Below are positions 9,894-19,818 of a stretch of 64,000 bases of DNA, piece after piece. Below the pieces are notes generated by a model. That model was not told the origin of the DNA. It did no database searches and saw nothing but the letters and a program-made list of their open reading frames with translations. How positions within the stretch are numbered: the stretch's first letter is position 1; every line of letters starts with the position of its first letter. Origin of the DNA: Bacteroidia bacterium (GTDB lineage: Bacteria > Bacteroidota > Bacteroidia > Chitinophagales > JAUHXS01). The stretch lies in the NCBI GenBank assembly GCA_030426955.1, contig JAUHXS010000005.1, positions 49,790 through 113,789 of the forward strand, in the 5' to 3' direction. The position numbers and the translations under genes are program-made.

Positions 9894-10883
9894 TTATTTA
9901 TCATTTGCTATTGCAATCACTTTGTCATAATCATTTTGCATCATGCACTTAAAATGACCCTTAGGGCACTTGTCATAACCAATCTTTGAGCAAGGTCTAC
10001 ACGAAAGACTTTTAACCTCTATCATATTACTTTGGGAACCAGTTTTATAAGGGTACATTCCAAACTCAGGAATTGTATTTCCCCAAATAGAAATGATCTC
10101 TTTATTAAAAGCAGTTGCAATATGCATCAAACCAGTATCGGAAGTAATTACTTTTTCTGCTTGCTTGATGATAGATGCAGATTGATTAATGTTATAATTA
10201 CCACAGGCATTATATAAATGCTGGTTTTCAGCAACAGCAATAACATTACTACCTACATTTCGATCTTCTTTTCCCCCGAGTAAGATGATTGGTTTGTCAA
10301 TCTCCCTACATAGCAACTGTAGTTTTTCAACAGGAATTCTCTTAGTAAAATGTTTGGCACCAATTACCAAAGCAACATACCCCTTTTGAAAATCCTCTGG
10401 CAAATCTTTAACATCAACCTCATCTTTGGGAGGGATAAAGTATTCTAGGCCCTTTTGATCATTTTGAACCCCAAGTTTCTGAATTGCCTCAAAGTACCGG
10501 TCTACAATATGGTTATTGGGTAGCCTATTAATCTTAAAGTTAACCATCAACCACTTTCTAATATTTATTTTGTCAAAAGTAAATGACTTAGCGCTTTTTA
10601 AAGCGCGCTTTACTTTAAAGGATCTAATGTTGTTATGCAAATCAACGATGTAATCAAAGCTTTCTTTTCTTAGCCCATTAATCAAGTCTTCTAGGTTATT
10701 TTCTAAGACGTGTACTTTTTTCACATAAGGATTGTGAATCAACAAGTCTTTATTTGCTTTTTTTGTTACGTAATGAACCTCTGCATCTGAGAGTTGTTCC
10801 TTAATTGCTCGAATAATTGGACTGGTGAGTACAATATCACCAATTGAGCTAAAGCGAATGATTAGAATTTTTTTTGAAGGCAT
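9894..10883 (-). CDS. GT9 glycosyltransferase (LPS heptosyltransferase-like)
   Basis: IIRFSSIGDIVLT, ITSDTGLMHIA, CRPCSKIG..KCP..HFKCM. Confidence 0.92.
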   Translation of the reverse strand: MPSKKILIIRFSSIGDIVLTSPIIRAIKEQLSDAEVHYVTKKANKDLLIHNPYVKKVHVLENNLEDLINGLRKESFDYIVDLHNNIRSFKVKRALKSAKSFTFDKINIRKWLMVNFKINRLPNNHIVDRYFEAIQKLGVQNDQKGLEYFIPPKDEVDVKDLPEDFQKGYVALVIGAKHFTKRIPVEKLQLLCREIDKPIILLGGKEDRNVGSNVIAVAENQHLYNACGNYNINQSASIIKQAEKVITSDTGLMHIATAFNKEIISIWGNTIPEFGMYPYKTGSQSNMIEVKSLSCRPCSKIGYDKCPKGHFKCMMQNDYDKVIAIANDK

Positions 10884-10900
10884 TTAAAAGGTGTCTGTCG

Positions 10901-10908
10901 CAAAGGTA
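10901..10908 (-). promoter_or_regulatory. -7 promoter element TACCTTTG for GT9 gene
   Basis: CAAAGGTA on + strand, 17 nt upstream of the GT9 start. Confidence 0.6.
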
Positions 10909-10927
10909 ACGATTGACAGGAAAAGCT

Positions 10928-10964
10928 AAAAAAAAAATGCAAGTGACCACAATCGGCCACCTGC
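10928..10964 (-). terminator. intrinsic terminator of gene 10974..11888
   Basis: Minus strand GCAGGTGGCC-gattgt-GGTCACTTGC (10-bp stem with 2 G:U) followed by A and a run of T. Confidence 0.75.
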
Positions 10965-10973
10965 GAACCCAAC

Positions 10974-11888
10974 TTACTTTTTTACAAACTTTTTAATGAA
11001 AATAGAACCATCAAACAACTCGATTTCTGCAAAGTATACCCCTGAAATCAAGCTGTTAATATCAATCTCTTTTGATTTGTCGTGTAAAGCCAATTCTCTA
11101 CCCAGCGTATCAAAAATTCTTACGTGCCTAACAATACCTTCGATACTAATGTTTAATACTCCCAATGACGGATTAGGGTAAATTTTTAACCTTCTAATTG
11201 GTTCTTCTACGCCTTTAATGCCAACCTTTGTTGAGCTAATGGCTAAACAAGTATCATCTGTGCATGACGAATCGTCTGTAATCGTTAAGCATATTTGATA
11301 GGAGCTATCCATATTAGGATAGGTATGCGTTACATTTTCATTTGTATCGGTAGTGCCATCTCCCAAATTCCACAAGTAGGTTAGTTCGCCTATGCCAACA
11401 GAGGTGTTAAAGGTCGATAACACATTGTTGGTAATGGAGTAATTAAAAGAGGCATTACAGTCAACAGTATCTGGTTCATCCGCGGGCAGGACAAATATTG
11501 TTCTTGATGCAGAGTCAGCGGTTGGGACTATTCCGGCTGGCCAGACGATAATAATATTTGAAAATCCAACATCATAACTTTCTTCCTCTATGCTTATTTG
11601 TGAATTGAACAAGATGCTGTCAGAAACTGCTAGACTAGATACAAAAGCAGTATCAAGTATACTCTCTACGGTATCATTGATAGAATAGGACAATATAATT
11701 TCTCCAGTATAGCTAGCATTTCCTTTATTTACAACGTACGCCGAAAAAGGATAAGAATTGCCCACTTGAACGGTATCGAGGAGTCCGAATATGCCTTGGT
11801 TGCTTATTCCAAGTTGGGCTTGGCTAAATGCACTAAGACTAAAAAATACAGCTAGTATTCCAATGTTTATTACTCTTAATAGTTTCAT
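10974..11888 (-). CDS. T9SS type-A CTD secreted protein with CARDB-like and PKD domains
   Basis: Signal peptide; VVNKGNAS Ig-like strand; PKD YLWNLGDG..THTY; CTD KIYPNPS...IFDTLGR...L.SGVYF...KKFVKK. Confidence 0.85.
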   Translation of the reverse strand: MKLLRVINIGILAVFFSLSAFSQAQLGISNQGIFGLLDTVQVGNSYPFSAYVVNKGNASYTGEIILSYSINDTVESILDTAFVSSLAVSDSILFNSQISIEEESYDVGFSNIIIVWPAGIVPTADSASRTIFVLPADEPDTVDCNASFNYSITNNVLSTFNTSVGIGELTYLWNLGDGTTDTNENVTHTYPNMDSSYQICLTITDDSSCTDDTCLAISSTKVGIKGVEEPIRRLKIYPNPSLGVLNISIEGIVRHVRIFDTLGRELALHDKSKEIDINSLISGVYFAEIELFDGSIFIKKFVKK

Positions 11889-11951
11889 GATACCAGATTT
11901 GATTCAAAATTATACTATTAAAAGAGCAATAAAAACATTATTTTCATAAAA

Positions 11952-11967
11952 TCTTACGCGTTAAAGA
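11952..11967. promoter_or_regulatory. candidate operator TCTTA-N6-AAAGA in divergent intergenic region
   Basis: AAATCTTACGCGTTAAAGA matches 17/19 to AAATCTTACTCGTTTAAGA at 15301-15319; could partly be a degenerate -7 box. Confidence 0.4.
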
Positions 11968-11973
11968 ATATAT

Positions 11974-13428
11974 ATGGATTTATTGAGCACACTTATTTTA
12001 CAAATGAGCAAAGATGAAGTTCGAAACTTCAAGATATATTCAAAAAGGACAATGCAATCAGAAAGTCGTAAAGATTTAGAGCTTTTTGATCTGATACGTG
12101 TACAGAAAGATAATTTTGATGAAGACAAAGCTTTTCAAAAACTGTATGAAAAGGGTGAGAAAAATGCTTTTTATCGCTTAAAAAATAGACTCATTCAAGA
12201 TATCAATAAAAATACGATGCTACATCACCTAGGCGATGAAACCATCGGACTTTTTCAACTATTAAGTTTGTCTAAAGTTTACCGCAACAAGAGCAACTAT
12301 GAAGTTGCTGTATACTTTCTGAAAAAAGCAGAGAAAAATGCTTTGAAAATAGAGGCATTTGAAATACTAGACCTAATATATAGTGATTTTATAAAGCTTT
12401 CGAAGGATTTCACTGCTATACACCCTGAAATCTATATTAAAAAGAGGAAAGAAAATAATTATCAAATCCAAAAGCTGAAGTCATTAGATGACATTCTTGC
12501 AATGGTTACATACAAAATAAGGACAACTCAAAATTTTTCTTCAAAAAATATAGATATAATAGAAGTATTAGAAGATACCGTAAATACTTATAGCAAGGAT
12601 AGTGATTTAGAGAAAGGCGCAAAGTTTAAAACGATGGTTTACAAGGCAGTAAGTAGTATTCTTCTAGAAAGAAAAGATTTTGCTTCACTAGTTAAGTTTA
12701 CAAGTAAAACGTTTGATGACTTTAATAATTTAAACTTATTCAACAAAAGTAATCACGCAGACAAACTGCAAATGCTTACTTACATAGCAAATGCATACTA
12801 TAAAATAAAATCATATGACAAATCATTGAATTATAGTGGGTTATTGAAAGATGCTATGAATGAGTTTGGAGGGTTTCTAGAGGGAAAATATTCATTTTAT
12901 TATCATAATATAGTTTTGGCAAATCTTGCTATTGTTGACAAGGAAGAGGCACTGACAACTTTGTATGCGCTTTTAGACAATGATAAGATCATGCAGCAAT
13001 CTTATTTTGAATTTTTTGTATATGCTAATATCTGCACACTTTATTTCGATCTTGAAAATTATGATAAATCACTGGAGTATCTTGTAAAACTATACACAAA
13101 AGATGGCTATAAAAGCTTAGACAATAGTTTAAAGCTCAAGTTTGATGTAGCAGAAATGATCGTTAGATATGAGCTAAGGGATTTTGACTTTATAGACTAT
13201 AAAATACAGCAAATTAGACGAGACTATAAATTACTCCTAGAGAATCAAGACTATCAAAGAGAAAGAAACTTGTTATCGATAATTAAAAGAATGGCAAATA
13301 CAATTGAAATTAAGCAGGATAAGAGAAGCACTAAGCTGATTTCTGAGTTTTTAGCATCAAATACCAGTCAAGAGGTTGAAGAGAGTGAAATTATTCAGTA
13401 TGATAAATGGCTGAAAAAATACGAATAA
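11974..13428 (+). CDS. uncharacterised all-helical (TPR-like) cytoplasmic protein, putative regulator; paralog 1 of 3
   Basis: No signal peptide or TM; N-terminal L..LI..MS..E...FK.Y...LFD...Q...KN.L shared with 15436 and 50891; TPR-like segments (ANAYYKIKSYDKSLNY, CTLYFDLENYDKSLEYL). Confidence 0.75.
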   Translation: MDLLSTLILQMSKDEVRNFKIYSKRTMQSESRKDLELFDLIRVQKDNFDEDKAFQKLYEKGEKNAFYRLKNRLIQDINKNTMLHHLGDETIGLFQLLSLSKVYRNKSNYEVAVYFLKKAEKNALKIEAFEILDLIYSDFIKLSKDFTAIHPEIYIKKRKENNYQIQKLKSLDDILAMVTYKIRTTQNFSSKNIDIIEVLEDTVNTYSKDSDLEKGAKFKTMVYKAVSSILLERKDFASLVKFTSKTFDDFNNLNLFNKSNHADKLQMLTYIANAYYKIKSYDKSLNYSGLLKDAMNEFGGFLEGKYSFYYHNIVLANLAIVDKEEALTTLYALLDNDKIMQQSYFEFFVYANICTLYFDLENYDKSLEYLVKLYTKDGYKSLDNSLKLKFDVAEMIVRYELRDFDFIDYKIQQIRRDYKLLLENQDYQRERNLLSIIKRMANTIEIKQDKRSTKLISEFLASNTSQEVEESEIIQYDKWLKKYE

Positions 13429-13429
13429 T

Positions 13430-13460
13430 AAAAAAGCCTCGGCAAAACTTGCCGAGGCTT
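13430..13460 (-). terminator. intrinsic terminator (probably bidirectional) between convergent genes
   Basis: AAGCCTCGGCAA-aac-TTGCCGAGGCTT perfect 12-bp stem with A-tract on the left. Confidence 0.85.
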
Positions 13461-13483
13461 AACTGGAAGACTAATTTTTATAA

Positions 13484-15229
13484 TTAATGCTTCACAAACT
13501 GGTGTACCTTTTCAATTTGGCCATTTATCATGATCGTTGCAAAATAAACGCCATCAGAAAGATTTTCTAATTGAATATTAGCCTGATTTGCACCATTGGT
13601 AATATCGATAGTTTGAACCATTACTTCTTGACCAAAGTGGTTAATTATAGAAATAGAAGCCTCGGTGGTTTCTAAAGATTCAAAGCTAATAGATATTCTA
13701 TCACTTGCAGGATTAGGATACAGACTTAGCTTAGAAACTAAGTTAGAAGCCTCCTCTATTCCAGTAACGCTAATCGTATTTTCATCAACCTTAAAGTCGA
13801 TATTATCTACGCTTTCGTTTTCCTCATTTAGCGTAATGACTGCATCATGAGTTGACTTCCCATCAATCACAGGTCTTACTTTATAGCTATCAAATGGCAA
13901 GTTGTTGAACTCGTAGTTACCTTCGGTGTCGGTATACTTGATGTCAAATAGTTCGTCATTACCATCATACAACTCAACTCTAATATTACTTAGCCCAACC
14001 TCTTGGCTTTTGCCCGAACCATTCTCATCTTTCACCTTTCCTTTGATTTTACCAGGTCCTGTTGGCATGCTGTCTCCTACATAGATTATATCGCAGTAGG
14101 TATCAAAACATGAACTATCATTACAGTCAGCTATAGAAATACAAACTTCATATTTCCCTGGCTCACTATAGACATGACATGGGTGTGAACTATACGAGTA
14201 GTTTCCATCACCAAAGTTCCAAGTATAGTAACAACCGCTTCCGCCTGAAACTTGTGAAGTAAAGCATACATAGAATGTACCAGCACTATCAAAAACAGTA
14301 TAGTCATATTCAACCTCTAATTGGCAATTCTGACTTCCACTATCTGAAATCACAATTGTTTGATATAGCGTATCAGAACAGTTTGTAAGAGAATCCCATA
14401 GATATAAGTATACGTTATAAGTTCCTGATGAATTATAAGTGTGTACAGGGTTTGAATTTATATAGTCATGTGTTCCGTCTCCAAACCCCCATTCTGTGTA
14501 ATCAAAATTACCCGTTGAAAGGTTTGTAAAGCTAACAGTATGGCCATTAATGTTGTAGCTAAAATTTGCTTCTACATTACAACCACTATCTCCCACATTT
14601 ACGTAAACATACTTGCTGTAAGAGTCATAACAAGAATCTTTATCAGTATCTTCGGCAGATAATACTACATAATAGTTTCCTGTTGAAGCATAGGTATGAG
14701 AAGGGTTTGTGGCATTTGAATTATTACCATCTCCAAAGCTCCAGCTATACACGTCTGCTCCTCCTGAGGATTCATTCATAAAGTTAACTGTGCTACCGAA
14801 AACGCTATTGGTAAAATAGGCGTTTATATTACAAGAGCTTCCTCCGCTAGTATCATCATTACATATATATATGGTATCATGAAGACTAGAAGAGCACGAA
14901 TCATCCGTCAAAATGGTTAAAGTAACTCCATAATAGCCCGTTAGTGTATATAAATGTGTGGGGTTTTCTTCTAGAGAATTATTACCATCTCCAAAATCCC
15001 AAGACCAATTCGTAATGTTGCCAAAGGCAGTTGACTGATCATCAAAATAAGCAATACCATTACAAGTTGAATCAATATGAGTATTGAAATCTGCTTGACA
15101 GCCTGCTTTTGCAGAACCTATATTAAATAAGATAGAAAGTAGAAGTGTATAACCTCCAATTTTCAAATATCTAGAATACCTATTTGTCCAAGGTATTTTA
15201 GAGTTTAGTGTAGTTATAATTTGTTTCAT
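13484..15229 (-). CDS. T9SS type-A CTD protein with 4 PKD domains and a Cna-B/SdrD-B-like domain
   Basis: Four W.FGDG...P.H.Y PKD motifs; GKIKGKV...VELYD...TDTEGNYEFNNLP; CTD LYPNPA...LSDGVYF...FVKH; start set at ATG 15229, downstream of a TAAGTTTG -7 box. Confidence 0.88.
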   Translation of the reverse strand: MKQIITTLNSKIPWTNRYSRYLKIGGYTLLLSILFNIGSAKAGCQADFNTHIDSTCNGIAYFDDQSTAFGNITNWSWDFGDGNNSLEENPTHLYTLTGYYGVTLTILTDDSCSSSLHDTIYICNDDTSGGSSCNINAYFTNSVFGSTVNFMNESSGGADVYSWSFGDGNNSNATNPSHTYASTGNYYVVLSAEDTDKDSCYDSYSKYVYVNVGDSGCNVEANFSYNINGHTVSFTNLSTGNFDYTEWGFGDGTHDYINSNPVHTYNSSGTYNVYLYLWDSLTNCSDTLYQTIVISDSGSQNCQLEVEYDYTVFDSAGTFYVCFTSQVSGGSGCYYTWNFGDGNYSYSSHPCHVYSEPGKYEVCISIADCNDSSCFDTYCDIIYVGDSMPTGPGKIKGKVKDENGSGKSQEVGLSNIRVELYDGNDELFDIKYTDTEGNYEFNNLPFDSYKVRPVIDGKSTHDAVITLNEENESVDNIDFKVDENTISVTGIEEASNLVSKLSLYPNPASDRISISFESLETTEASISIINHFGQEVMVQTIDITNGANQANIQLENLSDGVYFATIMINGQIEKVHQFVKH

Positions 15230-15246
15230 TGTTTTAGTTTTAATAA

Positions 15247-15292
15247 TTAATGAGACAAACTTAAGGTCGTTAAACAAGTATTGTCTCATTAA
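15247..15292. promoter_or_regulatory. 12-bp perfect inverted repeat overlapping the -7 box (TAAGTTTG, minus strand 15256-15263)
   Basis: TTAATGAGACAA (15247-15258)/TTGTCTCATTAA (15281-15292), extended by ACTT/AAGT after a 1-nt bulge. Confidence 0.6.
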
Positions 15293-15303
15293 AAAAACAC
15301 AAA

Positions 15304-15319
15304 TCTTACTCGTTTAAGA
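15304..15319. promoter_or_regulatory. candidate operator TCTTA-N6-TAAGA
   Basis: Perfect 5-bp palindromic arms; near-identical copy at 11952 and CCTTA-N6-TAAGG at 52478. Confidence 0.45.
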
Positions 15320-15435
15320 GGTGTTTTGTTTTAGCATTTTCTTGATATATGAATGAATAGTATTTAAAATATATACTTAAATGACCCAATATGGCTGTTT
15401 TTCACCTTCAAAAAAAAGAACTATCTTACTAGTAT

Positions 15436-16944
15436 ATGGCTGCTAAAAAGGATGACTTATTTGAGCTAGTAAAAAGCCTTAAAGGCAATGAGATTAGAAG
15501 CTTTAAGCTTTATGCCATTAAGCATACGACGTCTGGAAGTACAAACTATATTGAACTTTTTGATTATTTATCATCACAAGCGTATTATGATGATAATTTA
15601 TTAAAAGAGCATTTTAATAACGCTCCTTTCATTAATAGAATAAGACCTGCTAAAAACTATCTATATAAACTTATCCTAGAGTCTCTCAGAGCTTACTATG
15701 CTAACCACTCTTTAGAAATCAAAGTTAAAGCCTTATTAATTGATGTGGAGGTATTATTTACTAAAGGTCTGCTTAAGCAAGCAAAAAAAGTACTTAAACA
15801 GTGTAAAAAACTGGTTAATGATGCATTATTTGACGACTATATTTTAGTTATCATTAGATGGGAAGACTTTATCGATTCTGTATTATTTCGTGATAATCCT
15901 GCAGATAGTAAAGTTTTTTCCAAAGAGATCAGTAATAGCCTAAAGTCCCTAAACTTAAAGAACGACTGTCTTAATCTTTTATACAAGGCTTCCAACTTTC
16001 AAGGAAAATATCAAGGATCTAATAGAGTCAATAATGCACTAAGAAGTAAGTTGTTTAATCAGATTGAGCAAGCTATTAAGCCTGAGTTGGATGATATTAC
16101 TAAGATGTATTGTTATATGGCGATATTAATTTTAAGTAAGGGATCTAAAAAATTCATTAAGGAAGCCCGAAAATTAGAGTCATTAGTGAGAAAGTATAGT
16201 GCCTCAAAGTTGGCACAAGGTTCTTATGCTGGATTAGAGAAATTCATTGGCGCGGCGGACATTCTAAGTCATTATTATTTAACTATTAAGGAATTTCAAA
16301 AATCATTAGAAATAACGGAGATTTTAAAAAGAATAATTTTCAAAAATCAAAGTAGAATACCTGTCCTTGTTTCGACAGTATATAAATGTTCATCATTTAA
16401 TGCACAGCTAAGCATTTACAAGTTGCTAGAAGAATATGATACAGCAGAAAGGATCATATCCTCAGAAGTAAAGCCATTCTTAGAAGAGGTAGAGATTACG
16501 AATAGAATTGACTATCAGCTATCTTACTTGTATCAAAATATTGCAGGCCTATATTTTAGATTAGAGAAATATGATTTAATTATCACTTGGATAACACCTA
16601 TTTTAAAATTAGCTAAAAAAATAGCGATATACAGTGAAGGGAGGTATGCCTTTATAATGATATACTATTATATAGCTAGACTTGAAGAAGGCGATTATTT
16701 GTACTTGAATAATAATATTCAGAAAGCAATTAAACAAATAAGCGCTTTTAAGTTTAATACTGATTGGGAAGCATTTATTTTAAAATACATCAGTGAGGTG
16801 GCTAAAGACCCAACTCAAAAAAAAGATACTAATAAAAAATATTCAGATAACCTTTTAGAGGTGCTAAAAGCAGATAAACAAAAGAAGAAGCGTTTATATA
16901 CTCCTTTGGAAACTTGGCTTAGGAAAGAATTTTCTAAAAATTGA
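15436..16944 (+). CDS. uncharacterised TPR-like protein, putative regulator; paralog 2 of 3
   Basis: DDLFELVKSL..NEIRSFKLY...NYIELFDYL..Q...KNYLYKLILESLR; LFTKGLLKQAKKVLK; no export signal. Confidence 0.75.
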   Translation: MAAKKDDLFELVKSLKGNEIRSFKLYAIKHTTSGSTNYIELFDYLSSQAYYDDNLLKEHFNNAPFINRIRPAKNYLYKLILESLRAYYANHSLEIKVKALLIDVEVLFTKGLLKQAKKVLKQCKKLVNDALFDDYILVIIRWEDFIDSVLFRDNPADSKVFSKEISNSLKSLNLKNDCLNLLYKASNFQGKYQGSNRVNNALRSKLFNQIEQAIKPELDDITKMYCYMAILILSKGSKKFIKEARKLESLVRKYSASKLAQGSYAGLEKFIGAADILSHYYLTIKEFQKSLEITEILKRIIFKNQSRIPVLVSTVYKCSSFNAQLSIYKLLEEYDTAERIISSEVKPFLEEVEITNRIDYQLSYLYQNIAGLYFRLEKYDLIITWITPILKLAKKIAIYSEGRYAFIMIYYYIARLEEGDYLYLNNNIQKAIKQISAFKFNTDWEAFILKYISEVAKDPTQKKDTNKKYSDNLLEVLKADKQKKKRLYTPLETWLRKEFSKN

Positions 16945-17044
16945 AATCCTATTTAATACATTATTTGGGATAAGAACATTTTTAAAAAAATATTTGTGTT
17001 ATCAATATGAAATCACTTAAATTGATGTATACAACAGATATTTT

Positions 17045-19816
17045 ATGACAAATAATTACTTTTTTATTTTAACAATATTCTTTAGCTATAGCATATTTGC
17101 TCAAGAAGTCTGCAACAATGGTATTGATGATGATGGAGATGGATTAGTAGACTGTTTTGACTCAGATTGTTCTGGACAAGACGACTGTATATCGGATGCC
17201 AATCATTTTTTTTACGGTCTACCTGAAGATGCTTGCACAGATCACAGACCTAATGCCGACAGCTCAATAGAGCTTTCATTAGAGTGGAACAATCCTCAAA
17301 TCATCTTTGGTAGTACTCCTGCCATAGGGGATATAGATGGTGATGGCATACCAGAAATTGTAGCCCTTTCAAACAATGGTGTTGAAATTTTAGATGGAAC
17401 TAATGGAAATATTCAATCTACTATAAGTGGATTGATGCAGGGTACAAAGGGAAATATTGCTATTGGTGACGTAGATGCAGATGGAACTGGTGAGATATTT
17501 GCACTTGATTTTGAACTTATCAGTACAAGCCCTGTTATTATTGAACGTTACGTATTGCGGTATGAACATGATGCCAATGATATTGCTGATTCAACGTGGA
17601 GAAGAGTGTATCCGGGCATTGCTAGTACACTATCTCTCGCTGATCTTAATTATGATGGAGTTCCTGAATTATTTACAAACCTTGGACACTTTTTTGATGC
17701 GGTTAGTGGAGATACTTTAGGGCAGATCCCACTTACAGGCCCCACTATAGGTGGTTCAGCAGGCGCAAGAAAAACCTTAGTGGCAGATATCCTCCCGGAT
17801 GGATTTTGTGCAGATTGCCAAGGATTAGAAATTATTTCCGGTGGAAGCATTTATTCTGCTTTTATAGATAGTGCCAATTCAGTTTTTACTTTAATTGATA
17901 GTCTTCCAGGGCATGATGGGTCGATTACCTATTTGCCTGCGATTGCAGATGTCAATAAAGATGGACAGTTAGACGTAATACTTACTACTTATAATGCTAA
18001 TGCAGACAAGTTTTTATACGTTTGGGATCCCAGAACAGATGTTATTTTAAACTCTTTTGATTTCTCAACGGCGACGGTTCCTATTACAGACAATCCATGG
18101 ATGGCTGGAGCTTCAATATCAGATATTGACAATGATGGAGAAGTTGAGTTTTTGATTACGGCTAGAAAAATATCGGGAGGACCTGATGCAATCAGAACCC
18201 TATATGCCATCAATCATGATATGACAGAGCTTTGGACATTATCTGATGTCATTGGAGAGACTTCCGCTTGGGCAATGCCTGTGGTTTTTGACTTTGAAGG
18301 TGATTCTAGAAAGGAAATTGTGATGCAAACGGAGGCAATTCCCGGAGGACCCAGAGGTGTTTATATTATAGATGGACCAATGGGATATATTAGAGGGGTT
18401 TTTGACGTTTTTAACGCCACCACCTTTGATTTATCTGCTCAAGTAGCAGATGTGGATGCAGATGACCAAGCGGAGATTATCTGTGTAGGAGCATCTGGAG
18501 GAGCAAATATTGGCATGTGTGTCATAGGCAGTAATTGCGAGAATGCTTGGGTTCCTGCTAGGCAAGTATGGAATCAATACCATTATAATGGTGTGAATAT
18601 AAATGACGACCTAACAATACCTGTACATCAACAAAATCATGCATTACTGCAACCGTTTAATGCATATTTTGAACAGTTTTCTTATAAAGACACATCGGGA
18701 GATTATATTATAAAAGCAGATCAGCTAGATGTTACTATCAATTTTAATAACAAACTATTTGACATTACTTGTGATAGTATTTCATTTTCCCTAGACATTT
18801 GCAATATTTCAGCTGTTGACATGCCTATGGATGACTGTATTGAAAACTTTATCAGCTTTTATGTCAATAATCCCACTTCAGGGGGAACTTTGCTTGCAAC
18901 AATTCAAATTGACTCTGCATTAGAGCAGATGCAATGTATGGAGGACTCTTTTTATCTCAATATTGAAGGAATTGCACGTCCTTTTGACCTTTATGCAGTA
19001 ATCAATGATAATGGCTCCGATCCACTTAATTCACCAGAAGTTGTTTTTGTTGAATGTAATGTATGGAACAACACTATTGATACTATCATTCCTATTTTAC
19101 TTGAAGTTATGATTGACTCTTTTGAGGAAACTTGTATTAGTGATCCCGTTGATTTAAATGCGACCAATTCAGGCATATGGAGTGGACAGGGCATTACAGA
19201 CAGTATTAACGGAATATTTGACCCAGGTGTTTCTGGTTTCGGGACTTTTGTTATTACCAACACATTTTGTGGTCATACAGACTCCATAAGCTTAACAGTT
19301 GCCTCTGAAAGCTTGGATACTATGTTAACAGTCTGTATTGATTCTCCAAACATCAATTTATCTGCTCTAAACTCTGGCACTTGGAGCGGAGTAGGCGTTG
19401 TTGATACGATCAATGGTATTTTTGATCCAACAATTTCTGGGATAGGAAGTTTTATTATTACTAATAAGGTATGTAGTCAATCAAATGTAATAGACATAAC
19501 GGTTATTAATTGTAGCTTAGACTCTGTGTCGCTTGGGGAGAATTTTATATTTATTCCTAATGCCTTTTCTCCTAACCAAGATGGCTCTAATGATCAGTTA
19601 GGTATTTTATCAAATAATGTAGAACGCTTTAATTTAGAGATACTTGATCGATGGGGTAACGTAATTTTCCTTACGCAAAACCCAACAGGCAAGTGGAATG
19701 GGTATTATCTAAACTCGCCTATGGGTTCAGGAATTTATACTTACACTTTAAATGGAGCTTTCACAGATGCAAGCACATTCCAAGCAACTGGCAGTGTGCT
19801 CTTAATAAGAGACTAA
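17045..19816 (+). CDS. T9SS type-B CTD protein with N-terminal ECxNGIDDDGDG metal-binding motif and FG-GAP/VCBS beta-propeller
   Basis: Signal peptide; QEVCNNGIDDDGDGLVDC; repeated GDIDGDG.PEI Ca-binding loops; FIPNAFSPNQDGSND...DRWG...GSVLLIR. Confidence 0.88.
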   Translation: MTNNYFFILTIFFSYSIFAQEVCNNGIDDDGDGLVDCFDSDCSGQDDCISDANHFFYGLPEDACTDHRPNADSSIELSLEWNNPQIIFGSTPAIGDIDGDGIPEIVALSNNGVEILDGTNGNIQSTISGLMQGTKGNIAIGDVDADGTGEIFALDFELISTSPVIIERYVLRYEHDANDIADSTWRRVYPGIASTLSLADLNYDGVPELFTNLGHFFDAVSGDTLGQIPLTGPTIGGSAGARKTLVADILPDGFCADCQGLEIISGGSIYSAFIDSANSVFTLIDSLPGHDGSITYLPAIADVNKDGQLDVILTTYNANADKFLYVWDPRTDVILNSFDFSTATVPITDNPWMAGASISDIDNDGEVEFLITARKISGGPDAIRTLYAINHDMTELWTLSDVIGETSAWAMPVVFDFEGDSRKEIVMQTEAIPGGPRGVYIIDGPMGYIRGVFDVFNATTFDLSAQVADVDADDQAEIICVGASGGANIGMCVIGSNCENAWVPARQVWNQYHYNGVNINDDLTIPVHQQNHALLQPFNAYFEQFSYKDTSGDYIIKADQLDVTINFNNKLFDITCDSISFSLDICNISAVDMPMDDCIENFISFYVNNPTSGGTLLATIQIDSALEQMQCMEDSFYLNIEGIARPFDLYAVINDNGSDPLNSPEVVFVECNVWNNTIDTIIPILLEVMIDSFEETCISDPVDLNATNSGIWSGQGITDSINGIFDPGVSGFGTFVITNTFCGHTDSISLTVASESLDTMLTVCIDSPNINLSALNSGTWSGVGVVDTINGIFDPTISGIGSFIITNKVCSQSNVIDITVINCSLDSVSLGENFIFIPNAFSPNQDGSNDQLGILSNNVERFNLEILDRWGNVIFLTQNPTGKWNGYYLNSPMGSGIYTYTLNGAFTDASTFQATGSVLLIRD

Positions 19817-19818
19817 AC

